Assembly (NCBI GenBank): GCA_963663805.2
Contig: CAXXMR010000029.1
Coordinates: 1-38,253, forward strand
Length of the DNA: 38,253 nt
Reading direction: 5' to 3'
From: Sedimentisphaerales bacterium
GTDB lineage: Bacteria > Planctomycetota > Phycisphaerae > Sedimentisphaerales > SM23-30
Each line of letters begins with the position of its first letter. Positions within the stretch are counted from its first letter, which is position 1. The notes beneath the pieces were generated by a model, which worked only from the letters and a program-made list of their open reading frames with translations, was not told the DNA's origin and ran no database searches. The position numbers and the translations under genes were made by a program. Below are positions 7,190 to 16,985 of the stretch, piece by piece.

Positions 7190-7882
7190 ATGGCTGGCGA
7201 AAAAATCCTAATCGTAGAAGACGAACATGACGTTCTGGAGCTCATCCGTTACAACCTCGTTCAGAATAATTACAAGGTCGAAATAGCCACCTCGGGAGAC
7301 CAGGCGCTCCCCATGGCCCAGGCAGCCAAGCCAGACCTGATACTGCTCGACCTCATGCTCCCCTCAATCGACGGACTCCAGGTCTGCAAACAGCTCAAAC
7401 GTTCTGTCGATACCGAAAAAATACCCGTTATCATCCTCACCGCACGTTCCGAAGAGTCCGACATCGTCTCAGGCCTCGAACTCGGTGCCGACGACTACAT
7501 CACCAAACCATTCAGCCCACGCGTTCTAATCGCCCGCATCCGGGCCGTACTGCGCCGCGCCCAGAACGAAGCCAACACCTCGAACCCAGCCTCAGTCCTG
7601 AGCGCCCACGGTATTACCATAGACAGAGAACGCTACAAAGTTTTAGTCAACGGCGACAATGTAGACATGACCTCTACCGAATTCTCTCTGCTGAACTTCC
7701 TGATTGCCCGGCCCGGACGAGTCTTCACCCGCTACCAGATCGTAGATGCCATCCACGGCAACGACTACCCCGTAACCGACCGCTCCATTGATGTCCAAAT
7801 CGTCGGTCTCCGAAAAAAACTCGGAACCGCCGGAAAATGTATCGAAACCGTACGCGGCGTGGGCTACCGCTTCAAGGAGTAA
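7190..7882 (+). CDS. phoB: OmpR/PhoB-family response regulator (phosphate regulon type)
   Basis: KILIVEDE, PDLILLDLMLP, GADDYITKPFS and winged-helix IETVRGVGYRF. Adjacent to a PhoR-like kinase. Confidence 0.85.
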   Translation: MAGEKILIVEDEHDVLELIRYNLVQNNYKVEIATSGDQALPMAQAAKPDLILLDLMLPSIDGLQVCKQLKRSVDTEKIPVIILTARSEESDIVSGLELGADDYITKPFSPRVLIARIRAVLRRAQNEANTSNPASVLSAHGITIDRERYKVLVNGDNVDMTSTEFSLLNFLIARPGRVFTRYQIVDAIHGNDYPVTDRSIDVQIVGLRKKLGTAGKCIETVRGVGYRFKE

Positions 7883-7884
7883 AA

Positions 7885-9678
7885 ATGAAACGCACCCGGC
7901 TAATCTGGCAAATCTTCCCCGCTTTCCTCGCGATAATCCTGCTGGCGTTACTGGCTGTCTCCTGGACCGCCTCAATTTATCTCCGCGAACTCTACCGCGA
8001 ACAAATCACCATCAGCCTGACCGCACGGGCAAAAATGGCCCGCGAACTCGTCAAAGAACAGGTAATTAACAGCAACCTAATCAACATAGACAAAATCTGC
8101 AAAGACATCGGCAGCCAAACTTCAACCCGCATCACCGTCATCTCCCCCACCGGCCAGGTACTCGGCGACTCTCAGGAAAACCCGCGCGAAATGGAGAACC
8201 ACGCCAGCCGCGAAGAATTCCGACAGGCACTCACCGGAGAAAAAGGAATCTCAACCAGATTCAGCGCCACCTTGCGCCAGGAAATGATTTACGTCGCCCT
8301 GCCCCTGACCGATAATGACCGGACCATAGCCGTCATCCGAACTTCACTGCCCAACGACGCCGTCGAAAACACCCTCTGGACCATCAACCTCGCCATCTTC
8401 AGAATGGGTATTATTATCGCACTTATCGCCGCAATGCTCAGCCTGCTGATTTCCCAGGCCCTGACCCGCCCTCTCCAGCACCTCCAGCGAGGTGCCGAAT
8501 CTTTCTCGCACGGCCAACTGTCACTCAAACTCCGCGCCAGCAGCTCCATCGAAATGCACAACCTCGCCGAAGCCATGAACCAGATGGCCGAACAGCTCGA
8601 CAAACGCCTACGCCTAATAACCCGCCAGAGAAACGAACTCGAATCTGTATTCGCAGGTATGTCCGAAGGAGTACTCGCCACCGACAAGGAACAAAGGGTA
8701 ATTAAAATCAACCACGCCGCCGCCACACTGCTCGAAACCAACGAACTCACCGCACCCGGAAAACACCTGCACGAAGTAATCCGCAACAACGAACTCCACG
8801 ATTTCCTCAAAAACACCTTCACCACCCCCGACCACACCGAAGGACAAATAACCCTCCACCTCGCCGGACGCGAACGTACCATACAGGTCTACGGCTCCCC
8901 ACTACGAGACGAACACCACAATATCACCGGTTCACTTATCGTCTTTAATGACATTACCCAGCTCCGCCAACTCGAAAATATCCGCAAGGATTTCGTCGCC
9001 AACGTCTCCCACGAACTAAAAACACCAATCACCAGCATTAAAGGTTTCGCCGAAACCCTCATCGACGGTGCCCTCAAAAAACCCGAAGACGCCCAGCGAT
9101 TCGTCAACATAATCGCCCGCCAGTCTTCCCGACTCGAAGCCATCATCGATGACCTGCTCACCATATCCCGCATCGAGCAGAACAACGACAGCGACACCCT
9201 TCTAATCAAAGACGCCCCCCTCAACCCCGTAATCAGCGCCTCCATCCAGCTCTGCCAGCCCGCCGCTCAAGCCAAAAATATCAAGATCGAACGTATCAAC
9301 GGCACCGACCCAATCATCCCCATGAACTCACGCCTGCTCGAACAAGCCTTCGTAAACCTCATCGACAACGCCGTTAAATATTCACCCAACGACACCACCG
9401 TAACCATCACCTCGGAGGCCACCGACACCCACGTCGCCATCTCTATTACCGACCAGGGCCCCGGCATACCCCCCGAACACCTGCCCCGACTCTTCGAAAG
9501 ATTCTATCGAGTCGATAAAGCCCGCTCCCGCAACCTCGGCGGCACAGGACTGGGCCTCTCCATCGTGAAACACATCACCAACCTCCACAAAGGAACCGTC
9601 TCCGTTAAAAGCCGACCCAACCACGGCTCAACCTTCACCCTGAAAATCCCCCGCGAAAACCCCAACCCTCAAGATTAA
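7885..9678 (+). CDS. phoR: PhoR-like sensor histidine kinase (TM, Cache-like, HAMP, PAS, HisKA, HATPase)
   Basis: MENHASREE periplasmic motif, RKDFVANVSHELKTPITSIKGFAETL, NLIDNAVKYS and FERFYRVDKARSRNLGGTGLGLSIVKH. Confidence 0.88.
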   Translation: MKRTRLIWQIFPAFLAIILLALLAVSWTASIYLRELYREQITISLTARAKMARELVKEQVINSNLINIDKICKDIGSQTSTRITVISPTGQVLGDSQENPREMENHASREEFRQALTGEKGISTRFSATLRQEMIYVALPLTDNDRTIAVIRTSLPNDAVENTLWTINLAIFRMGIIIALIAAMLSLLISQALTRPLQHLQRGAESFSHGQLSLKLRASSSIEMHNLAEAMNQMAEQLDKRLRLITRQRNELESVFAGMSEGVLATDKEQRVIKINHAAATLLETNELTAPGKHLHEVIRNNELHDFLKNTFTTPDHTEGQITLHLAGRERTIQVYGSPLRDEHHNITGSLIVFNDITQLRQLENIRKDFVANVSHELKTPITSIKGFAETLIDGALKKPEDAQRFVNIIARQSSRLEAIIDDLLTISRIEQNNDSDTLLIKDAPLNPVISASIQLCQPAAQAKNIKIERINGTDPIIPMNSRLLEQAFVNLIDNAVKYSPNDTTVTITSEATDTHVAISITDQGPGIPPEHLPRLFERFYRVDKARSRNLGGTGLGLSIVKHITNLHKGTVSVKSRPNHGSTFTLKIPRENPNPQD

Positions 9679-11285
9679 TTGCTGTAATTAGATGTCTCAA
9701 AAACTTTTTTTTCCTTGTCGTCTTCGCTCAAGAGGCGGTCGAGGGTTTCCCAGAAACTGTCAGGGGTTTCCCGGGCAGGAAGCTGATGTTCGCTGCCGCT
9801 GGTAGCGTCCACGGCAAAAATTTCGTAACTTCCGGCGACTTTTTTGCTGATAACTTTGAGCGGTCCGCGTAACGGCGTTTTAATTTTGGTTTCGACCCTG
9901 GCGAAACGCAGGGTTACCCCGGCGTGTAACTGGCCGAGAATCTCGACTTCGGGAACGCCCTTTTCGAGCGAAGCTTCGTAGACATCCCGGAGTTGCCTGA
10001 TTAAATCTTTAACTTCACATTCCAGCTCATCGGCACTATAGAGCAGTTCACAGGCTTTTTCTTTCTGCTCGGCATTTAACTGTTTCTGATTTGCCAAAAG
10101 CGGCTCGACGGTCTGGCGAACCTTGCTTGCTTTGCGTAAGCGGATGTCGACTTGCGGGGCGACTTCGAGGCATTTTTCGCGAAGGGATTCATCGGTGCCA
10201 ACTTCGAGAATGGTCTTAATGCCGGCTTCGCTGCCAAGTTCCTTGACTTTGGCACCACCGGTAGCGACGGCGCGTCCGCCGACCAATGGGCCGGTCTCAA
10301 TAGTAAGTTTGCCAGCACAGGCCAGGTCACAGTTGACTATCTCGGAATGAACCGTAATCGTTCCGCCGGCACGGACTTTGGCATTGGTTATATATTTACT
10401 TTCAATATTTTTACCGGCACCAAAAACACCTTTTTCTTTGCCGGCGATACCACCGGTAATAATAAGGTCTTCGGCGGCCCAGACGGTAGCAGCTTCGGCG
10501 ATACCGTGAATCGCGACGCTGCCTTTGCTGCTGGAAACAGAAAACAAATCGAGAACGTTTTTAGCGATTACGACTTCGCCGTTAAAATTGACATTTCCGG
10601 TGGAAAAATCTACGTTGCCGGGTATTTCCAGCTTGGGGCTTACCATCACCTTATTGCCCTGGATGATTAACTGCCCGTCACTCTCGGCGAAAATCACATC
10701 ACCATCCTGGCGTACATTCATGCCGCAAACCACGTTCATTTCACGGCCGAGTTTACGGGGAATTGGCTTGCCATAAATGTTAATTCCGTCCTGACCGGTG
10801 ACCGGCGGGATGACTTTCAAGAGTTCATCGCCATTCTCAACGGTGATGATATTGGTACGTTCGTAGAAACTGCCCGCCTGTTCAGACTCTTGCTGGTCCG
10901 GGTCTTTTTTATCTTTATCGTTTGGTCCGGCCTGGGCCTGTTCTTTAGCCTTTTGGGCCTCTTCGGCGGCGACCCGTTCGTCTTCGCGTTGTTTGGATTT
11001 TATTTCGTAGAGTTTTTCGACTTTGCCGTTCTGGTCGGGCACTGGAGGAGTACCCTGGGCGACAATAGTAGGTTCGGGAATTTTCTTGTCGGCGAGTTCA
11101 GCGGCGAATTTCTCACAGGCACCTTTGTCGATGCGGTCCATTGCAATGGTAATAGCCCTGAGGTCCGAGATTATGCTGTCGGCGGTAACCGCGGAGGTAT
11201 TTCCCTCCATGTTCAATGACAGAGTAGCAGTCAGTTCGTCACTGCTGATATTGACCCGAAATAGTTTATCGGCAGTTAAAGGCAT
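9675..11285 (-). CDS. FapA/DUF342-family flagellar assembly protein
   Basis: VAQGTPPV, G.DG.NIYGKPI and LEIPGNVDFSTGNVNFNGEVVI motifs; located downstream of cheX-cheY. Confidence 0.85.
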   Translation of the reverse strand: MPLTADKLFRVNISSDELTATLSLNMEGNTSAVTADSIISDLRAITIAMDRIDKGACEKFAAELADKKIPEPTIVAQGTPPVPDQNGKVEKLYEIKSKQREDERVAAEEAQKAKEQAQAGPNDKDKKDPDQQESEQAGSFYERTNIITVENGDELLKVIPPVTGQDGINIYGKPIPRKLGREMNVVCGMNVRQDGDVIFAESDGQLIIQGNKVMVSPKLEIPGNVDFSTGNVNFNGEVVIAKNVLDLFSVSSSKGSVAIHGIAEAATVWAAEDLIITGGIAGKEKGVFGAGKNIESKYITNAKVRAGGTITVHSEIVNCDLACAGKLTIETGPLVGGRAVATGGAKVKELGSEAGIKTILEVGTDESLREKCLEVAPQVDIRLRKASKVRQTVEPLLANQKQLNAEQKEKACELLYSADELECEVKDLIRQLRDVYEASLEKGVPEVEILGQLHAGVTLRFARVETKIKTPLRGPLKVISKKVAGSYEIFAVDATSGSEHQLPARETPDSFWETLDRLLSEDDKEKKVFETSNYSN

Positions 11286-11383
11286 GTTTTCTCTTCCTTC
11301 CTAAAACAGCGTCAGGCGGCACGAACAACTTGGCAACCGCCCCACCGCTGTCGGGCTGATAATCAGCCCAACGTCAGCCGACT

Positions 11384-11764
11384 CTATGCCGGCTGTCCTG
11401 CCTTCTGCATGGTCTCCTGGATTTTACCGAGCAAGGTATCCGGTGTGAACGGTTTGACAACATAATTATTCACACCAGCTTTAATCGCTTCGATAATACG
11501 GGGCTTTTCAGCCTCGGTAGTAACCATGATTATAGGCGTAGATTTGTTTGTTTCACGGACCTTCTTGACCAGTGTCAGGCCGTCCATATTGGGCATGTTC
11601 CAGTCTACCAGCATAAGGTCGAAGGGGGTACCGCTAGTTTCGATTTCCTTCAAGGCTTCGAGGCCATCACCTGCTTCGGCAACTTCCGCGCCATCCAGGC
11701 CTGTCACGACCTTTTTCCAGATGTTACGCATTGTGCGGGAATCGTCTACAAGTAAAATTTTCAT
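11384..11764 (-). CDS. cheY: CheY-like single-domain response regulator
   Basis: MKILLVDDSRTMR, DWNMPNMDG, MVTTEAEK and YVVKPFTPD. Confidence 0.9.
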   Translation of the reverse strand: MKILLVDDSRTMRNIWKKVVTGLDGAEVAEAGDGLEALKEIETSGTPFDLMLVDWNMPNMDGLTLVKKVRETNKSTPIIMVTTEAEKPRIIEAIKAGVNNYVVKPFTPDTLLGKIQETMQKAGQPA

Positions 11765-11786
11765 AATTGCTTCCTCTCAATCTTAA

Positions 11787-12266
11787 TCAGCTAACCTGCT
11801 TAATGTTTACTTCGACCGCAAATCCGCCAAATTCACAACTGCATGGGATTACCACACATGGCACATCGCTCATACGTGAAACGCTATGGCCGGAACCAAC
11901 AATTACATTTGGAATACCAATACCGGCGGTTAAGCCAAAATCTTTCTTGGCATTGCCAGCGAACATATTACACAATTCACCGATGGCGTCAGCGAAATCT
12001 TCGCTATGAACATCGAGTTTTTCACAGCAGAAGGCTTCGACCAGCGAAACAGCGGTCTCTTCGCTGAAGCTGATGACAACCGAACCAGCGACATCACCGG
12101 AGAAACCCACAATACCGGAGACATCGTAGGTCGGTTGGGGTTCATGCTTAAGCATGGGTTTTCCTAACTCGCACTGCACCCCGACCATGGTATTCAACAC
12201 ATTCTTTGTCGCTTTGACAAAGGCCGCTATCAAGGTCGGGTTTATTTCCTGGGTTGCAACTGACAT
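11787..12266 (-). CDS. cheX: Chemotaxis phosphatase CheX
   Basis: DVSGIVGFSGDVAGSVVISF and DAIGELCNMFAGNAK (E-x-x-N motif). Confidence 0.9.
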   Translation of the reverse strand: MSVATQEINPTLIAAFVKATKNVLNTMVGVQCELGKPMLKHEPQPTYDVSGIVGFSGDVAGSVVISFSEETAVSLVEAFCCEKLDVHSEDFADAIGELCNMFAGNAKKDFGLTAGIGIPNVIVGSGHSVSRMSDVPCVVIPCSCEFGGFAVEVNIKQVS

Positions 12267-12366
12267 TTGATTGTCTCCTGAATAATTTTACGCCTTACTC
12301 CAACGAGCTACTCTTCATGCTACAGATTACCGGACTTGCTAACGTAATCCGTATCATTCAATAGAT

Positions 12367-12394
12367 AAATCGGTATTGGTTCGGTCAGACTTAA
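12367..12394 (-). promoter_or_regulatory. Possible sigma28 (FliA) promoter for cheX-cheY-fapA
   Basis: Minus strand TAAG-N15-ACCGATTT versus the consensus TAAA-N15-GCCGATAA. Confidence 0.4.
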
Positions 12395-12520
12395 AGCAAA
12401 ATATATATTGCCGATAGTTTTTTATGATTCGTGGAGAAAATCGTCTCTAACAGCCCTGAAATGGGCCAGACCAAAACAAAAGCGGATGAAGGTCCGATAA
12501 AACAAATGGTATTCAAGGTC

Positions 12521-12734
12521 CCCTAATCCAGATGAACTGGAAATTCTAAGCTCTAAATTCAAAATAACAACAACGACAATATTTAGCCTCGGATTACAGG
12601 GATTACGCAGATTTTTTACGGCACCGCTTACTTCCGTACGCGGCTCTGGTAAATTTAAGTTATACGAAATAAGATTAACGGCACGATATGGTTTCGGCCT
12701 TGGGCCGAGGGTTTTTATTTAACGGCAACTAATT
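12521..12734. repeat. Composite intergenic repeat (nonamer module, REP-like module, hairpin module)
   Basis: 12521-12623 is an inverted homologue of 29293-29393. 12689-12726 is an inverted homologue of the hairpin module of copies A/B. 12720-12734 is the exact reverse complement of 29286-29300. Confidence 0.8.
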
Positions 12735-12735
12735 G

Positions 12736-13722
12736 TTATTTCGTTAGCCAGCAGGAGGCGAGATGGGCAGGGTCGCCGCCTTTGGGCTCCAGGCCCGGGG
12801 TTTCTGTCTTGCAACGTTCGACGGCCATCTGGCAGCGAGGGTGGAAGGGGCAGCCCGAAGGTGGATTGACCGGGCTGGGCACTTCGCCTTTGAGGACAAT
12901 GCGATTGCTCTTGCGTTTGGGGTCGGGCTGAGGGATGGCGGACATCAGGGCCATGGTATAAGGGTGTTTGGGTTCGGCGTAGAGTGCCTCGGCAGAAGCA
13001 TATTCGACGATTTTGCCCAGGTACATTACCGCGACATAATCACTGATATGCTCGACGACGGCCAGGTCGTGGGCGATAAAAAGGTAGGTCAGATGGAACT
13101 CGTCCTGCAAATCCTGCAAGAGATTGATAATCTGGGACTGAATCGAGACATCGAGTGCGCTAACCGGTTCATCACAAACGATAAAACGTGGATTGAGGGC
13201 CAAAGCACGGGCGATGCCGATACGCTGTCGCTGTCCGCCGGAGAATTCGTGGGGGTAGCGACTGCCGTGATGGTCCGCCAGGCCAACCTTTACCAACAGT
13301 TCCCGCACCTGCTCGAAACGCTGGCGACCGCGGGCGATGCCATGCACACTGAGAGACTCGCCGACAATGTTGGCGACGGTCATACGCGGGTTAAGACTGC
13401 CGAAAGGGTCCTGAAAGATTAGCTGCATGTCGCGGCGGAGTTGACGCATTTTTCGGGCGGGTTTAGTGAAAACTTCTTCGCCATCGAAAAACACTTTGCC
13501 TCCGGTGGCGGGTATCAATCTCAGCAGGGTGCGTCCGACAGTGGTCTTGCCGCAGCCGCTCTCGCCGACCAGACCAAGGGTCTTACCTTTCTCAATAGAA
13601 AAACTCACCCCGTCGACGGCTTTGACCCAGGCGGCGACTTTACTGAGCAGTCCCTTGCGGATGGGGAAATGCGTTTTGAGTTCTTCTACTCGTACCAGTT
13701 CTTTGTTAGCGACTGTCGTCAT
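12736..13722 (-). CDS. oppF: Oligopeptide/dipeptide ABC transporter ATP-binding protein (OppF/DppF type)
   Basis: [28 protein letters not shown] and [16 protein letters not shown]. Confidence 0.92.
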   Translation of the reverse strand: MTTVANKELVRVEELKTHFPIRKGLLSKVAAWVKAVDGVSFSIEKGKTLGLVGESGCGKTTVGRTLLRLIPATGGKVFFDGEEVFTKPARKMRQLRRDMQLIFQDPFGSLNPRMTVANIVGESLSVHGIARGRQRFEQVRELLVKVGLADHHGSRYPHEFSGGQRQRIGIARALALNPRFIVCDEPVSALDVSIQSQIINLLQDLQDEFHLTYLFIAHDLAVVEHISDYVAVMYLGKIVEYASAEALYAEPKHPYTMALMSAIPQPDPKRKSNRIVLKGEVPSPVNPPSGCPFHPRCQMAVERCKTETPGLEPKGGDPAHLASCWLTK

Positions 13723-13740
13723 ATTTATATCCCGTAAGGC

Positions 13741-14748
13741 TTATTTACTCATGTTCTCGAAAATTTCGCGTGCTTTCCAGCAGGCTGTCCAGTGGCCCGG
13801 CTCGATTTCTTCCAGCTGCGGCTCAGCGGTGCGGCATTTATCGTCGGCTTGCCCACAATACGGACAACGCGGATGGAATTTGCAACCTGCCGGGAAATTC
13901 AGCGGGTCGGGGACCGTGCCGGGGATTACCTCAAGCCGGTGGCGGTCTTCGCCCAGTTTGGGCAGGGAACGCAGCAGACCTTGAGTATAAGGATGGACGG
14001 GCGTATCAAATATGGTTTCGACATCTGACCGTTCCATTATTTTTGAAGCATACATCACCACTACATCATGAGCATTCTCGGCGACGACAGCTAAATCGTG
14101 CGTTATGAGAATCACGCTCATCTGATTTTTCTGCTGTAAGTCTCGCAGTAAATCGAGAATCTGGGCCTGAATGGTTACGTCCAAAGCGGTGGTAGGTTCA
14201 TCAGCGATGAGCAAATCCGGGTCGCAGCTCAGGGCCATGGCGATCATTACCCGCTGACGCATCCCGCCGGAGAGCTGATGGGGATATTCCCGCACCCGCT
14301 GAGCTGGTTCGGCGATACCTACGAGACGAAGCATTTCAGTGGCTTTTGCCCAGGCGGCCTGGCCTTTGATATTCTGATGCAGCTCGATGGCTTCGATAAT
14401 CTGTTCGCCAATGGTATAAACCGGGTTGAGGCTGGTCATGGGCTCTTGGAAAATCATGGCGATGTCGTTGCCGCGGATTTTTCGCATCTGACTTTCGGAA
14501 AGTTCCAGCAGGTTCTGACCATCAAAGACTATCTTACCGCCGACAATCCTGCCGGGGGGGTCAGGAATCAGACGCAAAATAGACAAGCTCGTGACACTCT
14601 TGCCGCAGCCGCTTTCGCCGACAACCGCGAGGGTACGTCCTCGTTTTACTTCGTAACTCACGTCGTTGACCGCGTGGACTTCGCCCTCGTCGGTGAAGAA
14701 ACAAACCTTTAAATCCTGAATCGACAATAAAATTTCGTTGTCGGTCAT
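13741..14748 (-). CDS. oppD: Oligopeptide/dipeptide ABC transporter ATP-binding protein (OppD/DppD type)
   Basis: [33 protein letters not shown] and [16 protein letters not shown]. Confidence 0.92.
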   Translation of the reverse strand: MTDNEILLSIQDLKVCFFTDEGEVHAVNDVSYEVKRGRTLAVVGESGCGKSVTSLSILRLIPDPPGRIVGGKIVFDGQNLLELSESQMRKIRGNDIAMIFQEPMTSLNPVYTIGEQIIEAIELHQNIKGQAAWAKATEMLRLVGIAEPAQRVREYPHQLSGGMRQRVMIAMALSCDPDLLIADEPTTALDVTIQAQILDLLRDLQQKNQMSVILITHDLAVVAENAHDVVVMYASKIMERSDVETIFDTPVHPYTQGLLRSLPKLGEDRHRLEVIPGTVPDPLNFPAGCKFHPRCPYCGQADDKCRTAEPQLEEIEPGHWTACWKAREIFENMSK

Positions 14749-15956
14749 AATGCCTTCCTCAACCTCGGATCAATAGCGTCCCGTAAGCCTTCTCCGACAA
14801 GGTTATAAGCCAGGACTGTCATAAAAATCGCTAATCCTGGAAACAATGTCAGCCACCACAAAAAACGTCCCGAAGAACTAACCCCCAGGCTAAGCATCTG
14901 TCCCCAACTTGGGGTGGGCGGGACCACCCCAAATCCTAAGAAGCTAAGTGCCGCCTCTGTAAATATTGCTCCGGCAATTCCAAACGTCGCACTTACCAGT
15001 ACCGGGGCTATTCCATTGGGCAGCATGTGCCGGAACAAAAGACTCCTCAAGGGCAGTCCCAGGGCCAGCGCCGCCTGCACAAAATCCTGTTTTCTTAACT
15101 TAAAAAATTCTGCCCGAATAAATCGAGCAGTCCCCGTCCAGCTCGTCACACCAATGATAACCATAATATTCAGCAGGCTTCTCGGAAAAAATGCGACGAT
15201 CGTAATAATTAAAAAGAATGTGGGGATAGCCATAAAAATTTCGACAATCCGCATACCAACAAAATCAACCTTACCTCCAAAATACCCCAGTACCGCCCCT
15301 ACAAAAATCCCAATCATCGACGAAATTCCCACTGCCACAAACCCGACTGAAAGCGAAATTCGACTGCCGTGAATTAATCGGCAAAAAACATCCGAACCGA
15401 CATCATCAGTTCCCAACCAATGCTCTTTGCTCGGCGGCTGTTCACGCGAACTCAAGTCCGTCCGCGCAAAACCATAAGCTACCGGTGGGAAATAAGCCTT
15501 CTGAGCTTGACCCGAACTGAGCATAAGTTTATAATTTGACGCATCAAGGCGATTGGGAACTACACTAAACAGCACTACCATCCCCACGACAATCACAGCT
15601 ACTCCACTGCAAATTTGCCAAAATAAAACTCCACCCCGTAATGACGGTTCAATTTTCCGGTGATTCCGGCGTGAAAGCCCCAGCAAAACCAGACCAACCA
15701 GAGCCGCCAGTAAAATGACATAATCAAGCGCAGTCAGTGCCTTAAATAATGGAAAACTCCACTGGCCATCAATCTTAATCGCATAAGGTTTATCATTCGC
15801 CAGAAACGGTGCCAGTATCGCCGACACAAAAAGCAAAATTATAAATCCTAAACACCAGACATTTCTCCGGTTCCGCGTAAATTCCTGTCTTACCAGGTCA
15901 CCGTAAGAAACTCCCCAGTCCTTTCTTTCATTTTTAAGCTCATCTTTTTTGGTCAT
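14745..15956 (-). CDS. oppC: Peptide/nickel ABC permease (OppC type)
   Basis: [21 protein letters not shown]-like [10 protein letters not shown] and [10 protein letters not shown]. Confidence 0.9.
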   Translation of the reverse strand: MTKKDELKNERKDWGVSYGDLVRQEFTRNRRNVWCLGFIILLFVSAILAPFLANDKPYAIKIDGQWSFPLFKALTALDYVILLAALVGLVLLGLSRRNHRKIEPSLRGGVLFWQICSGVAVIVVGMVVLFSVVPNRLDASNYKLMLSSGQAQKAYFPPVAYGFARTDLSSREQPPSKEHWLGTDDVGSDVFCRLIHGSRISLSVGFVAVGISSMIGIFVGAVLGYFGGKVDFVGMRIVEIFMAIPTFFLIITIVAFFPRSLLNIMVIIGVTSWTGTARFIRAEFFKLRKQDFVQAALALGLPLRSLLFRHMLPNGIAPVLVSATFGIAGAIFTEAALSFLGFGVVPPTPSWGQMLSLGVSSSGRFLWWLTLFPGLAIFMTVLAYNLVGEGLRDAIDPRLRKAL

Positions 15957-16954
15957 GCTCCGCGGCCCTCGAAACTAATCCGCGGGTCAGCGATCGCATA
16001 AGCAATATCACCCAGTAGCAGACCAATCAAGTTCAAAACTCCCGCAATCGTCGCCACGGCCATTACGACATCATAATCTCGCGTCGTCACCGCCTCGAAC
16101 GCCAACAATCCCATCCCCGGAATACTGAATATTCTCTCGATAATAACAGAACCTCCGAACATCGCCGGCAATACCGTCGCCATAATCGTAATCACCGGAA
16201 TCACACTGTTGCGAAATGCGTGCCGCCAGACAACCACCCTTCCGGACAACCCCTTGGCCCGGGCCGTGCGAACATAATCCATCCGCAGATTATCCAGCAT
16301 ACCCGCCCGCACTTGCTTGGTTAAAACCGCAAACCCTCCATAAGTCAGGCAAACCACCGGCAGAACCAGATGCCAGATTCTGTCCCAAAGCCAGGGAAAG
16401 AAAGGCCACTGTCCCGCCTGATTGCTGTTAAGACCTGCCGAAGGAAACCAATCGACAAAATTAGTGCCGGTAAAATAACTTATCAACATCTGTCCAGCCC
16501 ACATCGTCGGGAGTGACCACAGCATCAGCAGGATAATGCCTACCCCCCTATCCATAAATCGCTTATGCTTTACTGCCGCAAGCGTACCCAAGGGCAATGA
16601 AAGTGCCACGATTATCGTAAAGGACATCAGATTCAACATCAGCGTGATAGGCAGTCTTTCTGCCAGCAATTCACTGACCGGGCGTGAATGTTTTATACTG
16701 TCTCCAAAATCCAGCTTTACCATCCGTTCAAGCCATCGGCCATACTGAATATATATCGGCTGGTCAAGACCGTACAACGCCATGCGTACCTGCTTAACAT
16801 CCGCGGCACGCTCGGCATCCAGTTGTGATTCGGGACCGGCCTGGAGACTAATCGGATCACCCGGGGCCGCTCGCGAAATCCCAAAAACCATTATGGTGAT
16901 TCCCAGCAAGGTAGGAATAATCAAAAACAATCGTCGTATTATATAACTGCTCAT
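15953..16954 (-). CDS. oppB: Peptide/nickel ABC permease (OppB type)
   Basis: APGDP, LDFGDS, DYVRTARAKGL and ERIFSIPGMG. Confidence 0.9.
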   Translation of the reverse strand: MSSYIIRRLFLIIPTLLGITIMVFGISRAAPGDPISLQAGPESQLDAERAADVKQVRMALYGLDQPIYIQYGRWLERMVKLDFGDSIKHSRPVSELLAERLPITLMLNLMSFTIIVALSLPLGTLAAVKHKRFMDRGVGIILLMLWSLPTMWAGQMLISYFTGTNFVDWFPSAGLNSNQAGQWPFFPWLWDRIWHLVLPVVCLTYGGFAVLTKQVRAGMLDNLRMDYVRTARAKGLSGRVVVWRHAFRNSVIPVITIMATVLPAMFGGSVIIERIFSIPGMGLLAFEAVTTRDYDVVMAVATIAGVLNLIGLLLGDIAYAIADPRISFEGRGA

Positions 16955-16985
16955 ACAAAACTCTTATTTATTACGATTCAATGAA

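Noticed and set aside
11353..11369. GGGCTGA-TAA-TCAGCCC hairpin as a terminator between cheY and fapA
   Set aside because: No U-tract on the coding strand; function unsupported.
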